Notes: generated from the letters alone by a model not told the origin. A stretch of 64,000 nt of DNA from an uncultured Candidatus Saccharibacteria bacterium (GCA_964638425.1 CAZWYM010000006.1:3054-67053); one strand, 5' to 3'; positions 1 to 9,870 are shown, numbered from the stretch's first letter. Made by a program: numbers and translations.

Positions 1-600
1 ACCATCAAAGGAAACTGCCACAAAGAGACCGTTGCCGTAGGTTACTGAGAGCCATTGGTTTGCTTCTGACGCAGAGCGAGCAGTCCAATTGATGCCGTCG
101 GGAGAGGTCATGACGCGGTTAGTGCCAGTAGTTGACACCGCAACAAAGAGTCCGTTGCCGTAGGTGACGGAGTACCATGAGTTTGCTTCTGACGCAGCGC
201 GGGCGGTCCAATTGATACCGTCGGGGGAGGTCATGACTTGGTTGGTACCGTCAATAGACACAGCCACGAAGAGACCATTGCCGTAGGTGACGGAGAACCA
301 TGAGTTTGCTTCTGACGCAGAGCGTGCGGTCCACGTGATGCCGTCGGGGGAGGTCATGACGCGGTTGGTGCCGTCAATAGACACAGCCACGAAGAGACCA
401 TTGCCGTAGGTTACTGAGAGCCATTGGTTTGCTTCTGACGCAGAGCGAGCAGTCCAATTGATGCCGTCGGGAGAGGTCATGACGCGGTTGGTGCCTGATT
501 GGGCCACTGCAACGAAGAGTCCGTTGCCGTAGGTGACGGAGCGCCATTGGTTTGCAAGATTAGCAGCACTCGACGACGCAGCATTCCATTTGATACCAGC
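1..600. repeat. Near-identical 123-bp tandem DNA repeats (>=4 copies, period anchors at 61/184/307/430) encoding the BNR-like protein repeats
   Basis: Segments 41-120 and 401-500 are identical over >=80 bp; the motif tgcttctgacgcag recurs every 123 nt. Confidence 0.8.
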
Positions 601-1776
601 AGTGATGAGGTTGCGTGATACTTCCACGTCACCTGACGCAAGAACGGCGAAGGTGTCAGAGGATGTCCCGGTGGTAGTAGCGATACGGAAGAGTGGTGTT
701 TGGTCTCCTGCGATACCGTGTATGGTGAGACGTGCTGATGGTGTACTTGAGCCGATTCCCACTTTCCCATCTTCCATGATGGTAAGGAGTGATGTCGATG
801 CAGAATTCAAGAAGTTTGCGAGGCGTGTTGTAGCACTAGAGCCAGAACCCCATACCGTGAGCTTCGATGAGAGTGTCGAAGTACCAAGAGATAATGAACC
901 TGATGTTGTCGCGTTCACAAAGCCAACTGTTCCAAGGAAATATGGTGATGTATTAAAAACGAGTGAACCGGTTCCTACTTCATCAGTGATGAGTGTTGCG
1001 AGCTCGGAAGATGTGTCGATTGAAGTACTTGAAACCTTGCCGTTGAAGCTCGTCCAATCTGCGCTCGTGAGACAGCCGAAGGTTGCGCTTCCGCTCGTTG
1101 CACACGTGAGCGCACCTGCAGAATTACTGAGTCCGCTTCCGGTGAGGTCGGTAAATGCTTCACCGTTGATGACGAATGTGGTCGTTGTTGCAATGAGGGT
1201 TGTGAGTTCGGTAATCGTTGAGGACGAATTACTGATGATTCCTCCGGTAAAGGTAAGGAGTGCTGATGCGGTGTCTGCTTGGTCGCTCCTGAGGAATGAG
1301 GTGGTTGCAATACCTGCAAAGGTTTGGGTGTTCTTTGCTTCAAACGCAGCGGGTACCGCGCCGAGTACTTTGCGTGGGCTCATTTCACCATCCCATGCAG
1401 GTGAACCAGAACCTCCGATTTCTACTCCGAGGTACAAGGTCTGATTGAAGTCGACACCAGTGAGTGGTGAGGTGCTTCCGAGCATGACGCTGAAGAGGCC
1501 GTTCGTGACCTGCACTTTGTCTGTGCCTGTGAGCGATTCGGTCCACACTGCACTCGTCGTTGCAATGCTCGGTGAGGTGAGAAGCCAGAAGCGCATGTTG
1601 TATGTTCCGTCAGCGACAGCAACATTCGAAGCATTGGTGAGTTTTCCTTGGTAGTTGATTTGCTGATTGATAGCAGCGTCTGTCGTGGTGGTGAGGAGGA
1701 AGAATGGCGCAAGTACAAAGCTCGCAAGAATGAATGCGGTGAAAACTTTATGCGGTTGTACAAAACGAATGCGCAT
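1..1776 (-). CDS. Secreted BNR/Asp-box repeat beta-propeller-like protein (partial; C-terminus beyond window start). N-terminal signal peptide, then tandem ~41-aa repeats (SPDGINWTARSASEANQWLSVTYGNGLFVAVS.DGTNRVMT).
   Basis: Hand translation of the reverse strand from ATG at 1776 gives MRIRFVQPHKVFTAFILASFVLAPFFLL... with no stops through position 1. Repeated S-x-D-G-x-x-W motif (Asp-box). The frame is absent from the ORF track because the stop lies outside the window; the + strand ORF 533..1444 is its shadow. Confidence 0.6.
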   Translation of the reverse strand, partial: MRIRFVQPHKVFTAFILASFVLAPFFLLTTTTDAAINQQINYQGKLTNASNVAVADGTYNMRFWLLTSPSIATTSAVWTESLTGTDKVQVTNGLFSVMLGSTSPLTGVDFNQTLYLGVEIGGSGSPAWDGEMSPRKVLGAVPAAFEAKNTQTFAGIATTSFLRSDQADTASALLTFTGGIISNSSSTITELTTLIATTTTFVINGEAFTDLTGSGLSNSAGALTCATSGSATFGCLTSADWTSFNGKVSSTSIDTSSELATLITDEVGTGSLVFNTSPYFLGTVGFVNATTSGSLSLGTSTLSSKLTVWGSGSSATTRLANFLNSASTSLLTIMEDGKVGIGSSTPSARLTIHGIAGDQTPLFRIATTTGTSSDTFAVLASGDVEVSRNLITAGIKWNAASSSAANLANQWRSVTYGNGLFVAVAQSGTNRVMTSPDGINWTARSASEANQWLSVTYGNGLFVAVSIDGTNRVMTSPDGITWTARSASEANSWFSVTYGNGLFVAVSIDGTNQVMTSPDGINWTARAASEANSWYSVTYGNGLFVAVSTTGTNRVMTSPDGINWTARSASEANQWLSVTYGNGLFVAVSFDG

Positions 1777-1782
1777 AATGAT

Positions 1783-2511
1783 TTATGGGGTACGTGTCGT
1801 AACCGGAACCATGAGGAAACGATATGCCTCCCCTTCCTTGTTTTTGAATTGTGGTGTGATGACGCCGGTGTCAGGATTTTCAGGATCCACAGAAACATTC
1901 ACCTCATCAGAAAATGAATCCCGCACCGCATCAATCGTCTCCGCAGTGAAGAGTTCGTCGGGCGCCACAATAAGCGACGTCACGGTAGTCGTACCGATGT
2001 GTGTAGCGATTTCTTCATGCTCCATATCAGAAGGAGTTCTCACCGTAATAACCTTCACAACCTCAGTGCGTGGTGAAATAAACTCGTAGAGTGACACTGC
2101 GAGACTCTTGAAAAAGCCTTGTCCTCCAGCATCAGCGACAGTAGCATTTTGGTTCACTGTTCCGAGGTATCCTGTTGCTCCGAGCGAGAGTCCGATAATC
2201 ACAATGACAAGTGTTTCGAGAATTGCAGTTCGATTTTGATTTGCACCACTTCGCGCAAGTGTGCGCATCTTGAGTTCCGATTTTCGTTCGAGACTAATTT
2301 TTCTCCGACGTATCTCGCGAGACTTTTCTGCGTGCGCAAAAAAACTTTTTGCTGAGGGAATGTTGATGTGCCACTTATGTCCGATTTTTTTTCCATCAAT
2401 TTTTCCGTCCTTCGCGAGGAGAAGCATGTAATCTTTCGTGTACCCAAAATGCTTTCCTGCAGTAGTTGCAGTTACGTAATCCTTGCCGTCTATTTGTAGT
2501 TGGCTCGACAT
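1783..2511 (-). CDS. Membrane-anchored protein with N-terminal excisionase/MerR-like HTH domain (paralog A)
   Basis: N-terminus DGKDYVTATTAGKHFGYTKDYMLLLAKDGKIDGKKIGHKWHI fits the Xis-type HTH pattern (..IGRRWRI..). Hydrophobic helix ILETLVIVIIGLSLGATGYL mid-protein. Confidence 0.5.
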   Translation of the reverse strand: MSSQLQIDGKDYVTATTAGKHFGYTKDYMLLLAKDGKIDGKKIGHKWHINIPSAKSFFAHAEKSREIRRRKISLERKSELKMRTLARSGANQNRTAILETLVIVIIGLSLGATGYLGTVNQNATVADAGGQGFFKSLAVSLYEFISPRTEVVKVITVRTPSDMEHEEIATHIGTTTVTSLIVAPDELFTAETIDAVRDSFSDEVNVSVDPENPDTGVITPQFKNKEGEAYRFLMVPVTTRTP

Positions 2512-2840
2512 TGTAAAAAACTAAAATGTACTTACATTGTATAAGTTTTCGCGTTTTTAATTAACAAAAAAAGTACTCACTTCCGTGGATAACTTTTTTA
2601 CAAAAAACTTCACACAAAAAATAAAAATATTTTTATTTTTTAATGCAGAGAAAAAAAATAAATCTATAAAAAATATTTGAAAATTTATTACTCAAAAATA
2701 TTCTCGATGATTACAGCAATTCACTCGTTCAAATCGATTTATAATGCTTCTGGAGTGCATTTAGGAAGCATATGAGCCCATATTGCCTCCGCGCTGCATT
2801 TGTTTCAAAGATTCTGAGTTGAAAACATGGGTAGAGCCTA

Positions 2841-2875
2841 GACACAAAACAAAAACCGCACATGTGTGCGGTTTT
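2841..2875 (-). terminator. Intrinsic terminator downstream of HTH paralog B
   Basis: Perfect palindrome ccgcacatgtgtgcgg (2856-2871) followed on the minus strand by a T-run, immediately after stop codon 2880-2882. Confidence 0.5.
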
Positions 2876-2879
2876 TGTT

Positions 2880-3851
2880 TTATTTAAAAGATATATTGTT
2901 TAGCCGAGATAACCATATTTTGCTTTGTATAATCTTATTCAGATCAGATGTAGAAAATACATACGTTGTTACAGCCTCTGACTTATTATTCCTTGAGTAA
3001 TCTATAACCTGTGAGAGTGGTAAGGTGCCAAGTATGAGAGCGACAAGTAGCACAACGACTGCAACGTACGGAATGATAGAACCAGCAGGCGTCGGCATCA
3101 AATCTTCCAAAGAAACTTCCTCTTGTGCCGTTATTAGTTGTTCTGTCTCTTTCTCAATTCCCCTTTGAATCGTTGCAGTAGGTTCGATGACGTCGTTATT
3201 GATGAGTCGCTTGATGAAATCAGGCTTCTTTTCAATAACTCTTGAGACAGGCTCATCATTAACAGCAACTTCCTCTGTATCATCCTCACTTACTCCTAGG
3301 GTGCGTACGTTTGGTGAGGTCTTTTCGATTGGAGCACGGGTGATTTTTCCTGGTTTTAGAACAACTGTTTCAGAATCAATCGGTCCGTCGGTTACATCTA
3401 CCACCGTAAGGTCTCCCGACATGACGATATGCTTCCCCTTGTTCTCGATAACCGTCTCATTGAGCCCCTCATCTCCAAAGTCAGACATGCTCTCTGGGAC
3501 TGGTTCGCTTTCTATCTCCAATTTTTTGACTTCAGGAATGAGTTCTTCGCTATCGCTTTCATAACGAATAGCTATATTATTATAGTTATTTTGGGTTTCT
3601 AGCTTTTTGCTTCGGTGTGCCTCAATAGTTTTGTGGGCATACTCCTTTGCCTTCACTCGAGAGGTTCGCTTCTTCTCAACTTTGTGATGACTGAGCTTGT
3701 CCATGTTGACGTACCATGTCCGCCCAATCAAATGCGCGTCCACCTGACCACTTCTGCAGAGCTGACCAACGTAATCAGTAGCATAGCCGAGATCACGAGC
3801 AGCTTTTGATGCCTTTACGTAATCTTTTCCGTCAAGAACAAGTACTTCCAT
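2880..3851 (-). CDS. Membrane-anchored protein with N-terminal excisionase/MerR-like HTH domain (paralog B)
   Basis: MEVLVLDGKDYVKASKAARDLGYATDYVGQLCRSGQVDAHLIGRTWYV aligns with paralog A. C-terminal TM helix IIPYVAVVVLLVALILGTLPL. The track start at 3881 is a TTG; the ATG at 3851 matches the paralog alignment. Confidence 0.5.
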   Translation of the reverse strand: MEVLVLDGKDYVKASKAARDLGYATDYVGQLCRSGQVDAHLIGRTWYVNMDKLSHHKVEKKRTSRVKAKEYAHKTIEAHRSKKLETQNNYNNIAIRYESDSEELIPEVKKLEIESEPVPESMSDFGDEGLNETVIENKGKHIVMSGDLTVVDVTDGPIDSETVVLKPGKITRAPIEKTSPNVRTLGVSEDDTEEVAVNDEPVSRVIEKKPDFIKRLINNDVIEPTATIQRGIEKETEQLITAQEEVSLEDLMPTPAGSIIPYVAVVVLLVALILGTLPLSQVIDYSRNNKSEAVTTYVFSTSDLNKIIQSKIWLSRLNNISFK

Positions 3852-3950
3852 ATGACTGTAAGTATATATACTCGTATCCAATATGTACAGGAACTCAGTG
3901 GTATATCGTCTGAACGATAGTAGTACCTAGAGAGTGTTGAATGTAAAATG

Positions 3951-5366
3951 CTACACAATATGCTTCTTGAATAGTTCGAGGAGTGTCTTCGGGTTAGCAG
4001 AACCCTTAGAAAGTTTCATTCCCTGTCCAACGAGGAACTGAAGTGCAGCTTCTTTACCAGCTTTGTATTCAGAAACAACAGTATCATTCTGTGCAATAAC
4101 ATCCATAACAATCGGCACGAGTGCTTCATCAGTATTACTCTGCAATAAACCTCGTTCAGTAGCCAAAACAAGTGGGTCATTTCCCTCTATAACCACCTCG
4201 CGGAGTAAATCCTTGGCAATTCTTGAGTTAATCTTTCCCTCCTTTGCCATACCAATAAGTTTTGCGAAGTATTCTGGGTTACATGAAGAAATACTCACCT
4301 CACTATTCAAATGTGCAATCAAATCAGTCGTGAGATAGTTTGCAAGAAGCTTCGCTGATTCGGTATCGTTAGCTACATACGAAAGAGACTTTGCGTAAAA
4401 TGTATCTAAGTCTAAATCAGAAATAATTGTCTCAATTTGCTTTTTCGTCAATCCGAGAACTTCATATTTTCTGCGCTTATTTTCGGGTAGTTCTGGCATT
4501 TCCTCTGATAGCCGAGATAAGGAGAACTCATCGTAGAGCTCCATATTGAGCTTTGGTAGGTCTGGGTCTGGGAAATATCGGTAATCATTTGCTGACTCCT
4601 TTATACGTTGCGAATAGGTCTTCCCCTTAGCTTCATCCCAGCCACGTGTTTCCTGTATTACCTTTTCTCCTGATTCAATCACTTCTATCTGTCGCTTAAT
4701 TTCGTAGGCAATCGCCCCCTCAACAGACTTAAATGAATTGAGATTTTTTACTTCTACTTTAGTACCAAATGCATCTGAGTCGCTCACTGAAATATTTGCT
4801 TCAACACGCATTTCTCCCTTCTCCATATTTGCGTCTGAAACCTGCAGTGTCCGGAGGAGGAGTTGCAATTCTCGGGCAAAATCGCCCGCGGTCTGCGCGT
4901 CATGAATGACCGGTTCGGTAACCAGTTCCATGAGTGGGACTCCGGCTCTGTTGTAGTCGACGATACTTCCGTCCCCTTGGTCATGAAGTGAACGAGCAGT
5001 GTCTTCTTCAAGATGCACTCGGGTGATAGCAACACCATTGAGTGTTCCTCCCTTCACCAGTGGATAGAGGTACTGACTAATCTGGTACCCTTTTGGAATG
5101 TCTGGATAGAAATAATTTTTTCTATCGAACTCTGTGTACGATGCAAGTTCAGATCCGAGTGCAACACCTACTTTCATAACATGCTTCACTGCAGTTTTGT
5201 TGATGACCGGAAGTGTCCCGGGGTGTCCCATACAGATTGGACACACATGCGCGTTCGCTTCCCCCGCATGCGGTTCGTTTTTTGAGTCACAAAACATCTT
5301 TGTGATGGTCTTGAGCTCAGCATGAACTTCAATTCCTATGGTTGGTCGATACGTTTTCATGCCCAC
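3951..5366 (-). CDS. gatB: Asp-tRNA(Asn)/Glu-tRNA(Gln) amidotransferase subunit B
   Basis: TIGIEVHAELKT...FDRKNYFYPDIPKGYQISQ...ITRVHLEEDTA are GatB signature blocks; length 471 aa. Confidence 0.9.
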   Translation of the reverse strand: MGMKTYRPTIGIEVHAELKTITKMFCDSKNEPHAGEANAHVCPICMGHPGTLPVINKTAVKHVMKVGVALGSELASYTEFDRKNYFYPDIPKGYQISQYLYPLVKGGTLNGVAITRVHLEEDTARSLHDQGDGSIVDYNRAGVPLMELVTEPVIHDAQTAGDFARELQLLLRTLQVSDANMEKGEMRVEANISVSDSDAFGTKVEVKNLNSFKSVEGAIAYEIKRQIEVIESGEKVIQETRGWDEAKGKTYSQRIKESANDYRYFPDPDLPKLNMELYDEFSLSRLSEEMPELPENKRRKYEVLGLTKKQIETIISDLDLDTFYAKSLSYVANDTESAKLLANYLTTDLIAHLNSEVSISSCNPEYFAKLIGMAKEGKINSRIAKDLLREVVIEGNDPLVLATERGLLQSNTDEALVPIVMDVIAQNDTVVSEYKAGKEAALQFLVGQGMKLSKGSANPKTLLELFKKHIV

Positions 5367-5454
5367 ATACTACCGTTTAGGGGTCATAACGACAAGTTAT
5401 AAACACACGAAACACAATTTTGTCAACAGTTCCCTTTTTTGAATAATAATTCAA

Positions 5455-5492
5455 AAAATCCCCTCAAAAATTGCTTTTTGAGGGGATTTTTA
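5455..5492. terminator. Bidirectional intrinsic terminator between obg and gatB
   Basis: aaaaatcccctcaaaaa ttgc tttttgaggggattttt perfect hairpin with flanking A/T runs. Confidence 0.55.
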
Positions 5493-5517
5493 ATTTTTGA
5501 AATATACGGCTTATTTT

Positions 5518-6495
5518 CTATTCCTTTTGTGACCTCAAGTGCTTCACGAGTGCGTCACTAAGCTCTTTTACACCGATTCCGAGCTCTCCGGACAAAACGT
5601 GAATGCTCGTCACCCCATGAGCTTTGAACCGAGAGCTCACCTCCAAAATCTCCTCTTCGGTACGTGTATCTGACTTTGTGAGGAGTACCCATTCCTCTTT
5701 TTTGAGTAATTCTGGGTCAAATTTTTCGAGTTCTTCTCGTATCATTTGGTACATTTTGAGTGGGTCTTCATCCTCGAGAGAGACGCAGTGAAGAATCATT
5801 TTTGTTCTCTGGATGTGTTTGAGGAATTTATGCCCCAGACCTTTTCCACTTGAAGCACCCTCGATGAGTCCTGGGATGTCGGCAAGAATGAACCCGTAAA
5901 GTTCACCAAGGTGAGGCTCTACGGTTGTGAATGGGTACGCGCCGACGCGTGCCTTTGTATTCGTGAGTGCGTTAAGCATTGTGGTCTTGCCTGCATTTGG
6001 AAATCCGACAAAACCAATATCAACGATAAGCGAAAGCTCAATCTTGAACGTTCCTTCTTCACCCGGCTTCCCATCGGTCGCCTCTTCTGGTGACCGGTTT
6101 GTAGATGACTTGAAATACTCATTCCCTAAACCACCTCCACCACCAAGGAGAATCTTGTGTACTTCTCCCTCAGAGAAAAAGGTGTGTACACGCCCTCGCT
6201 CAAGCTCCGTAACGGTAGCCCCTACAGGAACGTCAATATACAAATCCTCACCGTCATGGCCGTATTTACTACGTTTTTCGCCTGCATTTCCGTCAGTTGC
6301 AGCAAACTCCTTAGAGCCAGTGTACTTACTGAGAAGGCTCAAATCACGAACAGCCCGCATGTAGATATCACCACCGCGTCCTCCGTTCCCTCCTGCAGGA
6401 CCACCTTCAGCAACATGCTTTTCACGGCGCCAACGAACAACCCCGTTGCCTCCGTGTCCTGCTTTTGCCTTGATTATTAACTCATCTACAAACAT
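5518..6495 (-). CDS. obg: GTPase Obg/CgtA
   Basis: MFVDELIIKAKAGHGGNGVVRWRREKHVAEGGPAGGNGGRGGD (Obg N-terminal Gly-rich fold) plus G-domain GFPNAGKTT...DIPGLIEGA. Confidence 0.9.
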   Translation of the reverse strand: MFVDELIIKAKAGHGGNGVVRWRREKHVAEGGPAGGNGGRGGDIYMRAVRDLSLLSKYTGSKEFAATDGNAGEKRSKYGHDGEDLYIDVPVGATVTELERGRVHTFFSEGEVHKILLGGGGGLGNEYFKSSTNRSPEEATDGKPGEEGTFKIELSLIVDIGFVGFPNAGKTTMLNALTNTKARVGAYPFTTVEPHLGELYGFILADIPGLIEGASSGKGLGHKFLKHIQRTKMILHCVSLEDEDPLKMYQMIREELEKFDPELLKKEEWVLLTKSDTRTEEEILEVSSRFKAHGVTSIHVLSGELGIGVKELSDALVKHLRSQKE

Positions 6496-6767
6496 AAAAT
6501 ATCAGGACTTTCATAAAGGGTGCGCTTCGTTGTCGAATTTCACAAAATGTCACTCACTGTACAACTCGTACACCTCCCGACATTTTGCTCATTCTTCTAG
6601 AATCGCATCCCTTTCTAAAAGCCCTTTGGAACTTATTCCTAGTAAACCAAACTTCACGACCTGTTAAAGTTAGAATGACTTATGATGCTACACTGATATC
6701 TACAAAAAGTACAGCATTGCACCATAGACTTTTCACCCGCGCTACCCCCGCTCGTCACAGCGAGTGT

Positions 6768-7139
6768 CTAGTCGATGAACTTATTTACGATGCCACTGAT
6801 GATACTTACGAGCACTGAACCGAGGAGCGCAACCCAAAAACTCGAGACATGGAACCCGTCCACAAACGATGCCACGAAGAGAAAGATGCTCGCATTGATA
6901 ACAAAGATGAAGACACCGAGGGTGAGTACGGTAATCGGAAGCGTAAGGATGACGAGAATTGGACGAACCACTGCATTAAGGATTCCGAGGAAGAATGCTG
7001 CAATAACTGCGGGGTAGAGCCCAGTGACTTCGATACCTGGAATGATGTACGTAACCAAGACGAGTGCAAAAACGGTAGCGATGAGTCTCGAAAGAAATTT
7101 CATATAGTCGTAGTATATAACTATGTCGAAGAAACGCAA
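6768..7139 (-). CDS. Small polytopic membrane protein, phage-holin family 4 (DUF360)-like
   Basis: 123 aa, 3-4 TM helices, PGIEV...LGILNAVVRPILVILTLPITVLTLGVFIFVINA pattern typical of the Phage_holin_4_2/DUF360 family. Confidence 0.55.
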   Translation of the reverse strand: MRFFDIVIYYDYMKFLSRLIATVFALVLVTYIIPGIEVTGLYPAVIAAFFLGILNAVVRPILVILTLPITVLTLGVFIFVINASIFLFVASFVDGFHVSSFWVALLGSVLVSIISGIVNKFID

Positions 7140-7188
7140 AAGCTCCCGTATGGGAGCTTTTGCGTTTTAGGAATGTATCTTTAGTAGC

Positions 7189-9738
7189 TTAAACGATATG
7201 CCACGTTCCGCTCTGGAGACGTTCTTCGGCCTTCTTAAACTTAACCGTCTCAGTCGTGGTTCCGTCAGTAATGGTCACGAGTTCATTTCTACCTACTTTG
7301 TTTTCATTTCGAACTGGCGTTGCACTTGCGCTCGCACCTGCCTTTGTGTCGGTCTCTGAGCCACCAAGGAGAGCGATATGTGCCTGCGCCTTCTTGAGCT
7401 CTTCTTCTTCACGCTCAACCGCTTCAGGTCGAACGGTGGGGAGTAGCTCTGCGATACGGTGGAATGAAGCTTCCTGCATTTCCTTGAAAAGTCTAATACC
7501 TTCCTTTCGGTATTCAATGAGCGGGTCTTGCTGTCCGTACGCCCGTAAACTAACGCTTGAACGAGTATGTTGCATCACCTCAAGGTGTTCCACCCAGAGA
7601 ATGTCGTTAATCTGCAGCATTAATCTTCGGACAACTTCATTCCATGCCTCCACTCCAAACTCCTTTGAACGCTCTTCAATTACGGCCTCAATCTCTGGGA
7701 TAAATGCAATGAGTTCTTGAACGAGTCCTGCTACTTCTTCCTGTGTACCGAGGAGGAGCTTTCTTCGTCGCTCATACACAATTTGGCGCTGTTGGTTAAG
7801 GACATCGTCGTATGCCAAGACGTGCTTTCTTGAGTCAAAGTGGAAGCCTTCGATTTTCTTTTGCGCTGACTCAAGTGAACGGGTAATCATACTATTCTCA
7901 ATAGGTTGATCCTCAGGAATACCAAATCTTCCCATCATGTTTTTTACGGTATCGCTTGCAAAGACGCGCATAAGCGAATCGTCCATAGAAACGTAAAACT
8001 GTGTTTCCCCGCTATCTCCCTGACGCCCTGCGCGTCCACGAAGCTGATTGTCGATGCGTCGTGCCTCATGTCGCTCTGTTCCAAGAACAAAGAGTCCTCC
8101 AAGTGTCTTCACCTCCTCAACTTCGCTTGGTGTCGCCTTAATACCTCCGAGCTTAATGTCGACTCCACGTCCTGCCATGTTCGTTGCAAGGGTAATACGT
8201 CCTTTCTTTCCCGCTTCAGCAATGACTTCTCCTTCTCGCTCGTGGTTCTTTGCATTGAGCATTTCGTGTACGATGCCTGCCTTGGTAAGCTCTGCACTGA
8301 GGAGTTCGTTTTTATCGATAGATGCCGTACCAATAAGCAGTGGCTGACCCTTTTCGCTTATCTCTTTTACCTTTTTGATGATTGCGGTTATTTTCCCTTT
8401 TTCAGTTTGGAAAATGAGATCGTTGTGGTCAATACGTGCGACCGTTCGGTGGGTTGGCACTGGAATAACATCCAGCTTATACACCGAGTAAAATTCTTCT
8501 TGTGAGGTAAGTGCCGTTCCAGTCATCCCTGAAAGTTTTTCATACATCCTAAAGTAGTTTTGGAAGGTAATAGAAGCGTAGGTACGAGACTCCTGCTGAA
8601 TGGTTACACCTTCTTTAGCCTCAACCGCTTGATGGAGCCCATCTGACCATCTTCGCCCCTGCTGAAGTCTTCCGGTAAACTCATCAACAATAACCACCTC
8701 GTTATCCTTTACTACATACTCCTTATCTCGTGAATAGAGTGCTTTTGCGCGCACTGCTGTTTCAAGATGGTGTACATATTTTATTCCCTTGTCGGTATAA
8801 ATATTTTCGATGCCGAGGATTTTTTCTGCTGTTTCAATACCGTGGTCGGTAAGAGTAGCACTCTTTAGTTTTTCGTCGATGATATAGTCCACTTCATGTG
8901 AAAGCGAATTCGCTATTTTGGCAAAGATAGCATACAGGTTTTCTGAATCCTGTGCAGGTGCAGAAATAATGAGCGGTGTACGCGCTTCATCAATGAGGAT
9001 TGAGTCCACTTCGTCGATGATTGCATACGAATGACTTCGCTGACGTAAGTTTTTGACCTCGAACTCAATGTTGTCTCGGAGATAATCGAAACCATACTCG
9101 TTGTTTGTTCCATAGGTAATGTCTGCATCGTACGCCTCCTTACGCGTACATGGCCTGAGGAACTCATAGACAACTTTGTACGAACCTTCAGTATCTCGCT
9201 CACTATCTTTATCGAGATGGTTTGCGTCATAGAGGTATGAACCGTTCTGATTAATGATACCTACACTGAGACCAAGCGCTGTATACACCTGTCCCATCCA
9301 TACTCCGTCACGACGAGCCAGGTAATCGTTCACCGTAATCACATGCACACCTTTCCCCGTAAGCGCGTTTAAGTACGCAGGGAGTGTACCCACGAGTGTC
9401 TTTCCTTCTCCTGTGCGCATCTCGGTAATCTTCCCTCGATGTAAAATAACACCTCCGATAAGTTGCTCATCATAGTGGCGCTGTCCCAAGGTTCGCTTTG
9501 CAGCCTCACGCACCAGCGCAAATGCCCGTGGGAGCATATCATCAAGCGATGCGCCTGCTCGCACCTCCTTATTAAGCGTAGCGGAAGCCTCTTTTAATTC
9601 AGCGTCAGAGAGTGGTGAAATGTCAGCTTCAAGTGCGTTAATAGCACTAATAAGCGGACGAATCTCCTTAAGCTCCTTTTCGTATGTTGGTCCAAAAAAT
9701 TTATCTAAAAATGACATAAATGTCATACAGCATACCAT
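7189..9738 (-). CDS. secA: Preprotein translocase ATPase SecA
   Basis: MSFLDKFFGPT..., EMRTGEGKTLV, HVITVNDYLARRD, DEVDSILIDEARTPLIIS, TNMAGRGVDIKLGG; 849 aa. Alternative in-frame starts at 9726/9717; an AGGA RBS precedes 9738, while 9717 best matches SecA N-termini. Confidence 0.93.
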   Translation of the reverse strand: MVCCMTFMSFLDKFFGPTYEKELKEIRPLISAINALEADISPLSDAELKEASATLNKEVRAGASLDDMLPRAFALVREAAKRTLGQRHYDEQLIGGVILHRGKITEMRTGEGKTLVGTLPAYLNALTGKGVHVITVNDYLARRDGVWMGQVYTALGLSVGIINQNGSYLYDANHLDKDSERDTEGSYKVVYEFLRPCTRKEAYDADITYGTNNEYGFDYLRDNIEFEVKNLRQRSHSYAIIDEVDSILIDEARTPLIISAPAQDSENLYAIFAKIANSLSHEVDYIIDEKLKSATLTDHGIETAEKILGIENIYTDKGIKYVHHLETAVRAKALYSRDKEYVVKDNEVVIVDEFTGRLQQGRRWSDGLHQAVEAKEGVTIQQESRTYASITFQNYFRMYEKLSGMTGTALTSQEEFYSVYKLDVIPVPTHRTVARIDHNDLIFQTEKGKITAIIKKVKEISEKGQPLLIGTASIDKNELLSAELTKAGIVHEMLNAKNHEREGEVIAEAGKKGRITLATNMAGRGVDIKLGGIKATPSEVEEVKTLGGLFVLGTERHEARRIDNQLRGRAGRQGDSGETQFYVSMDDSLMRVFASDTVKNMMGRFGIPEDQPIENSMITRSLESAQKKIEGFHFDSRKHVLAYDDVLNQQRQIVYERRRKLLLGTQEEVAGLVQELIAFIPEIEAVIEERSKEFGVEAWNEVVRRLMLQINDILWVEHLEVMQHTRSSVSLRAYGQQDPLIEYRKEGIRLFKEMQEASFHRIAELLPTVRPEAVEREEEELKKAQAHIALLGGSETDTKAGASASATPVRNENKVGRNELVTITDGTTTETVKFKKAEERLQSGTWHIV

Positions 9739-9840
9739 AATTTTGTCCTGTATCTAGAGAACCTCACATTTCGTAAAAATTCGAGGGGTGAGAAAGCGTG
9801 GGACGCTTTTGCAAGGCTTTTTATTGACTCACCACATACA

Positions 9841-9870
9841 AAAACACCGTCTCGTGAGAGAAGGTGTTTT
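9841..9870 (-). terminator. Terminator-like hairpin downstream of the lysine-rich small ORF
   Basis: aacaccgtctc gtga gagaaggtgtt (10/11 bp stem) followed by TTTTT on the minus strand. Confidence 0.4.

Noticed and set aside
533-1444. 303-aa plus-strand ORF in the track
   Set aside because: It lies wholly inside the repeat region and translates to low-complexity sequence with no recognisable fold. The minus strand in another register gives a coherent signal-peptide + Asp-box repeat protein, so this is a shadow ORF.
5911-6480. Several plus-strand ORFs (5911-6093, 5927-6364, 6157-6480) inside obg
   Set aside because: Antisense to a strongly supported Obg CDS, with low-complexity translations.
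6768-7139. Prophage remnant suggested by holin-family protein
   Set aside because: No integrase, capsid, terminase or lysin genes nearby. DUF360 proteins occur widely as chromosomal membrane proteins.
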